64,000 bases of DNA from Styela clava. Lineage: Eukaryota. Every line of letters starts with the position of its first letter. Within the stretch, counting starts at the first letter, position 1. Positions 62,345 through 64,000 of the stretch are shown in pieces. Made by a program: the position numbers and the translations under genes. Under the pieces are notes generated by a model, which saw only the letters and a program-made list of their open reading frames with translations, ran no database searches and was not told where the DNA came from. The stretch covers positions 7,564,001 through 7,628,000 of the forward strand of contig NC_135258.1 in assembly GCF_964204865.1 (NCBI RefSeq). The letters are read 5' to 3'.

Positions 62345-62535
62345 TGATTCCATTACATTTGAACCCACGACAATTGCACTTGCATACTATTGCACCTATG
62401 GCAATTTTGTTTGTTTCACAGATATTATTTGTTTTACTGATATTTGAACCCATACTAACCCTAACCCATGGGTTTTAGCACCCGCATATAGATTGAACCC
62501 GCGGATATACACATGGGTTCAAATGTACGGTCACC
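62345..62535. mobile_element. Short TIR element with internal CTAACCCTAACCC
   Basis: TACATTTGAACCCA...TGGGTTCAAATGTA inverted repeat; flanking direct repeat AATATAA; absent at the paralogous site ~23060. Confidence 0.6.
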
Positions 62536-62636
62536 AATATAACATAATCAGTGGATTGAAAATAGAATACAAAATGATTTGAAGACTTGTTGCACTAAAT
62601 GCAAAGTAAACAGCAAAACATGGATAAAACCATATA

Positions 62637-63012
62637 CAGTAAATGCTCGTTTTAACGCCCGGTCTTGTTTAAGGGCCCGTTTGAATAGCCGCCCGTGTGA
62701 ACAGGACATGAAAATAAATAAGGGCCGGTGCTTGAATACCCGCCCGGTGTAAAAGTTTTTTTTTGTTTTTGCGGATTTGTACCTGCCGTGCAGAGAAAAA
62801 GTCAAAATTTTCATTATTCTCGTTTAAATCATACGTGAGAACTGGAAATTACAATATACGGTATTAATTAATGTAACGATCGATCTTATCTACCGGTATT
62901 TTTGTGTGTAATTTTACTTTAAAAATAACAAGCGCCCCTACTTGAATGAGGGCCCGGTTAGTGAGTATGTTTAAAAAAATAAGCGCCCGGGCTATTAAAC
63001 GAGCAAATACGA
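62637..63012. mobile_element. Tc1/pogo-type MITE
   Basis: TA|CAGTAAATGCTCGTTT...AAACGAGCAAATACGA|TA; empty site at the paralogous ~22958. Confidence 0.7.
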
Positions 63013-63234
63013 TATACCGAAAAAATAAGCTGCACCATATTTGTATGAACAAATCACAGATTTTGGTGCAATTTGATCCGAACTTATGCAAAATTGAAAA
63101 TCTTCGTTTATCACGGAAACCAGACATAACACATAGTAATAAAACATGTAAAACCCAACAAAAATTCCAATAACACAGTTTGTGAAGGCATATCTGCCCA
63201 TGTATATCATCAAATAAAATGCGTCTCCAAGTTA

Positions 63235-64000
63235 TCACATCCTAGCAATATAAAAGTTTTGTCTTCCTTTGTGGAAATGAGATTGAGTCAAACTTAAATA
63301 ACCTTTGATGACACAACGATCAAATCCGGAAGGATTTTTAATAATCGAATGATACAACATCACAATAGAACGTACTTGTGCAGTTGATCGATGTTTGGTA
63401 TTGTTGACTATTTTCCAAAAATAACGGGCAGCAGATTGGAAGTCATTGTCAATGTATTGTTGAACACCTTTGTTGTATAAATTACTGATCATATCGTCAC
63501 CAACCAAAGAGTATTTTTTTACAGTTTTTGATACAAAATCACAAGAACGTTGTCCAAGGGAGATTAGGAGCTTGAGTCCAACAAAAAATATAATCCGTTG
63601 AAGATCTTTAGATGAAAAGCAGCCCTTAATTAATCTTTTCCACACAGTAACAACTGATGCTGAGAAATGACTTGCTTCATAATGCGAGAAAATATTGTTC
63701 AAACTTGCTAAATAATCTGAATCCAACTGTTTTCCTTGATATACTATACCAGTTAAAGCAGGATCCAGGAATACAGACTTTGACAGCACCATTTTAAGTA
63801 CTTGAGCAAAAACATTTTTCATCGCACTAATCACAAATGGGTGAGACAACAAACTCTGTAAATTATCAATGGTAATTGATATTGAATAAAGAACTATCAT
63901 CAGATTTTCTTCTGCAAGAAAAAGATCATAAAAAGTGGAGGTGACTATAAGGAAATATGAACGAAAGAAACTGTCATTTTTCAAGGAGGGCGGGGCATCA
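63235..64000 (-). CDS. Nucleotidyltransferase/TPR-like family paralogue D, C-terminal part only (continues beyond the window)
   Basis: Frame is open to the right edge (DAPPSLKNDSFFRSY...) and colinear with the C-termini of A and C. Confidence 0.8.
   Translation of the reverse strand, partial: DAPPSLKNDSFFRSYFLIVTSTFYDLFLAEENLMIVLYSISITIDNLQSLLSHPFVISAMKNVFAQVLKMVLSKSVFLDPALTGIVYQGKQLDSDYLASLNNIFSHYEASHFSASVVTVWKRLIKGCFSSKDLQRIIFFVGLKLLISLGQRSCDFVSKTVKKYSLVGDDMISNLYNKGVQQYIDNDFQSAARYFWKIVNNTKHRSTAQVRSIVMLYHSIIKNPSGFDRCVIKGYLSLTQSHFHKGRQNFYIARM

Overview
Eukaryotic, AT-rich animal DNA with short GT-AG introns and several single-exon CDSs; a compact invertebrate such as a tunicate is my inference, not proven. 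1-14.5 kb is a transposon nest. It holds an apparently intact Ty3/Gypsy gag-pol with a -1 frameshift signal, and a decayed hAT (Buster/Charlie-type) element that has captured an intronless SmG (SNRPG) copy and been tandemly amplified. One SmG copy is split by a second Gypsy element. 17-44 kb is gene-dense: RABGGTB, two ~1100-aa paralogues, a CEP55/TNIP2-like gene and CBLL1 on +; PPIL1 and DMTF1 on -. 44-57 kb holds MITEs and nested LINEs. 58-64 kb carries two more ~1100-aa paralogues in an inverted duplicate of 22-26.4 kb. The best candidate for an undescribed system is this four-member single-exon family. It combines a GlnD/GlnE/DUF294-like nucleotidyltransferase motif (GLGSLAREEITLYSDFE) with a divergent helical/TPR-like C-terminal half and shows patchwork sequence exchange between copies, a pattern typical of immune or conflict receptor clusters. 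All alignments were done by eye; no database searches were run.
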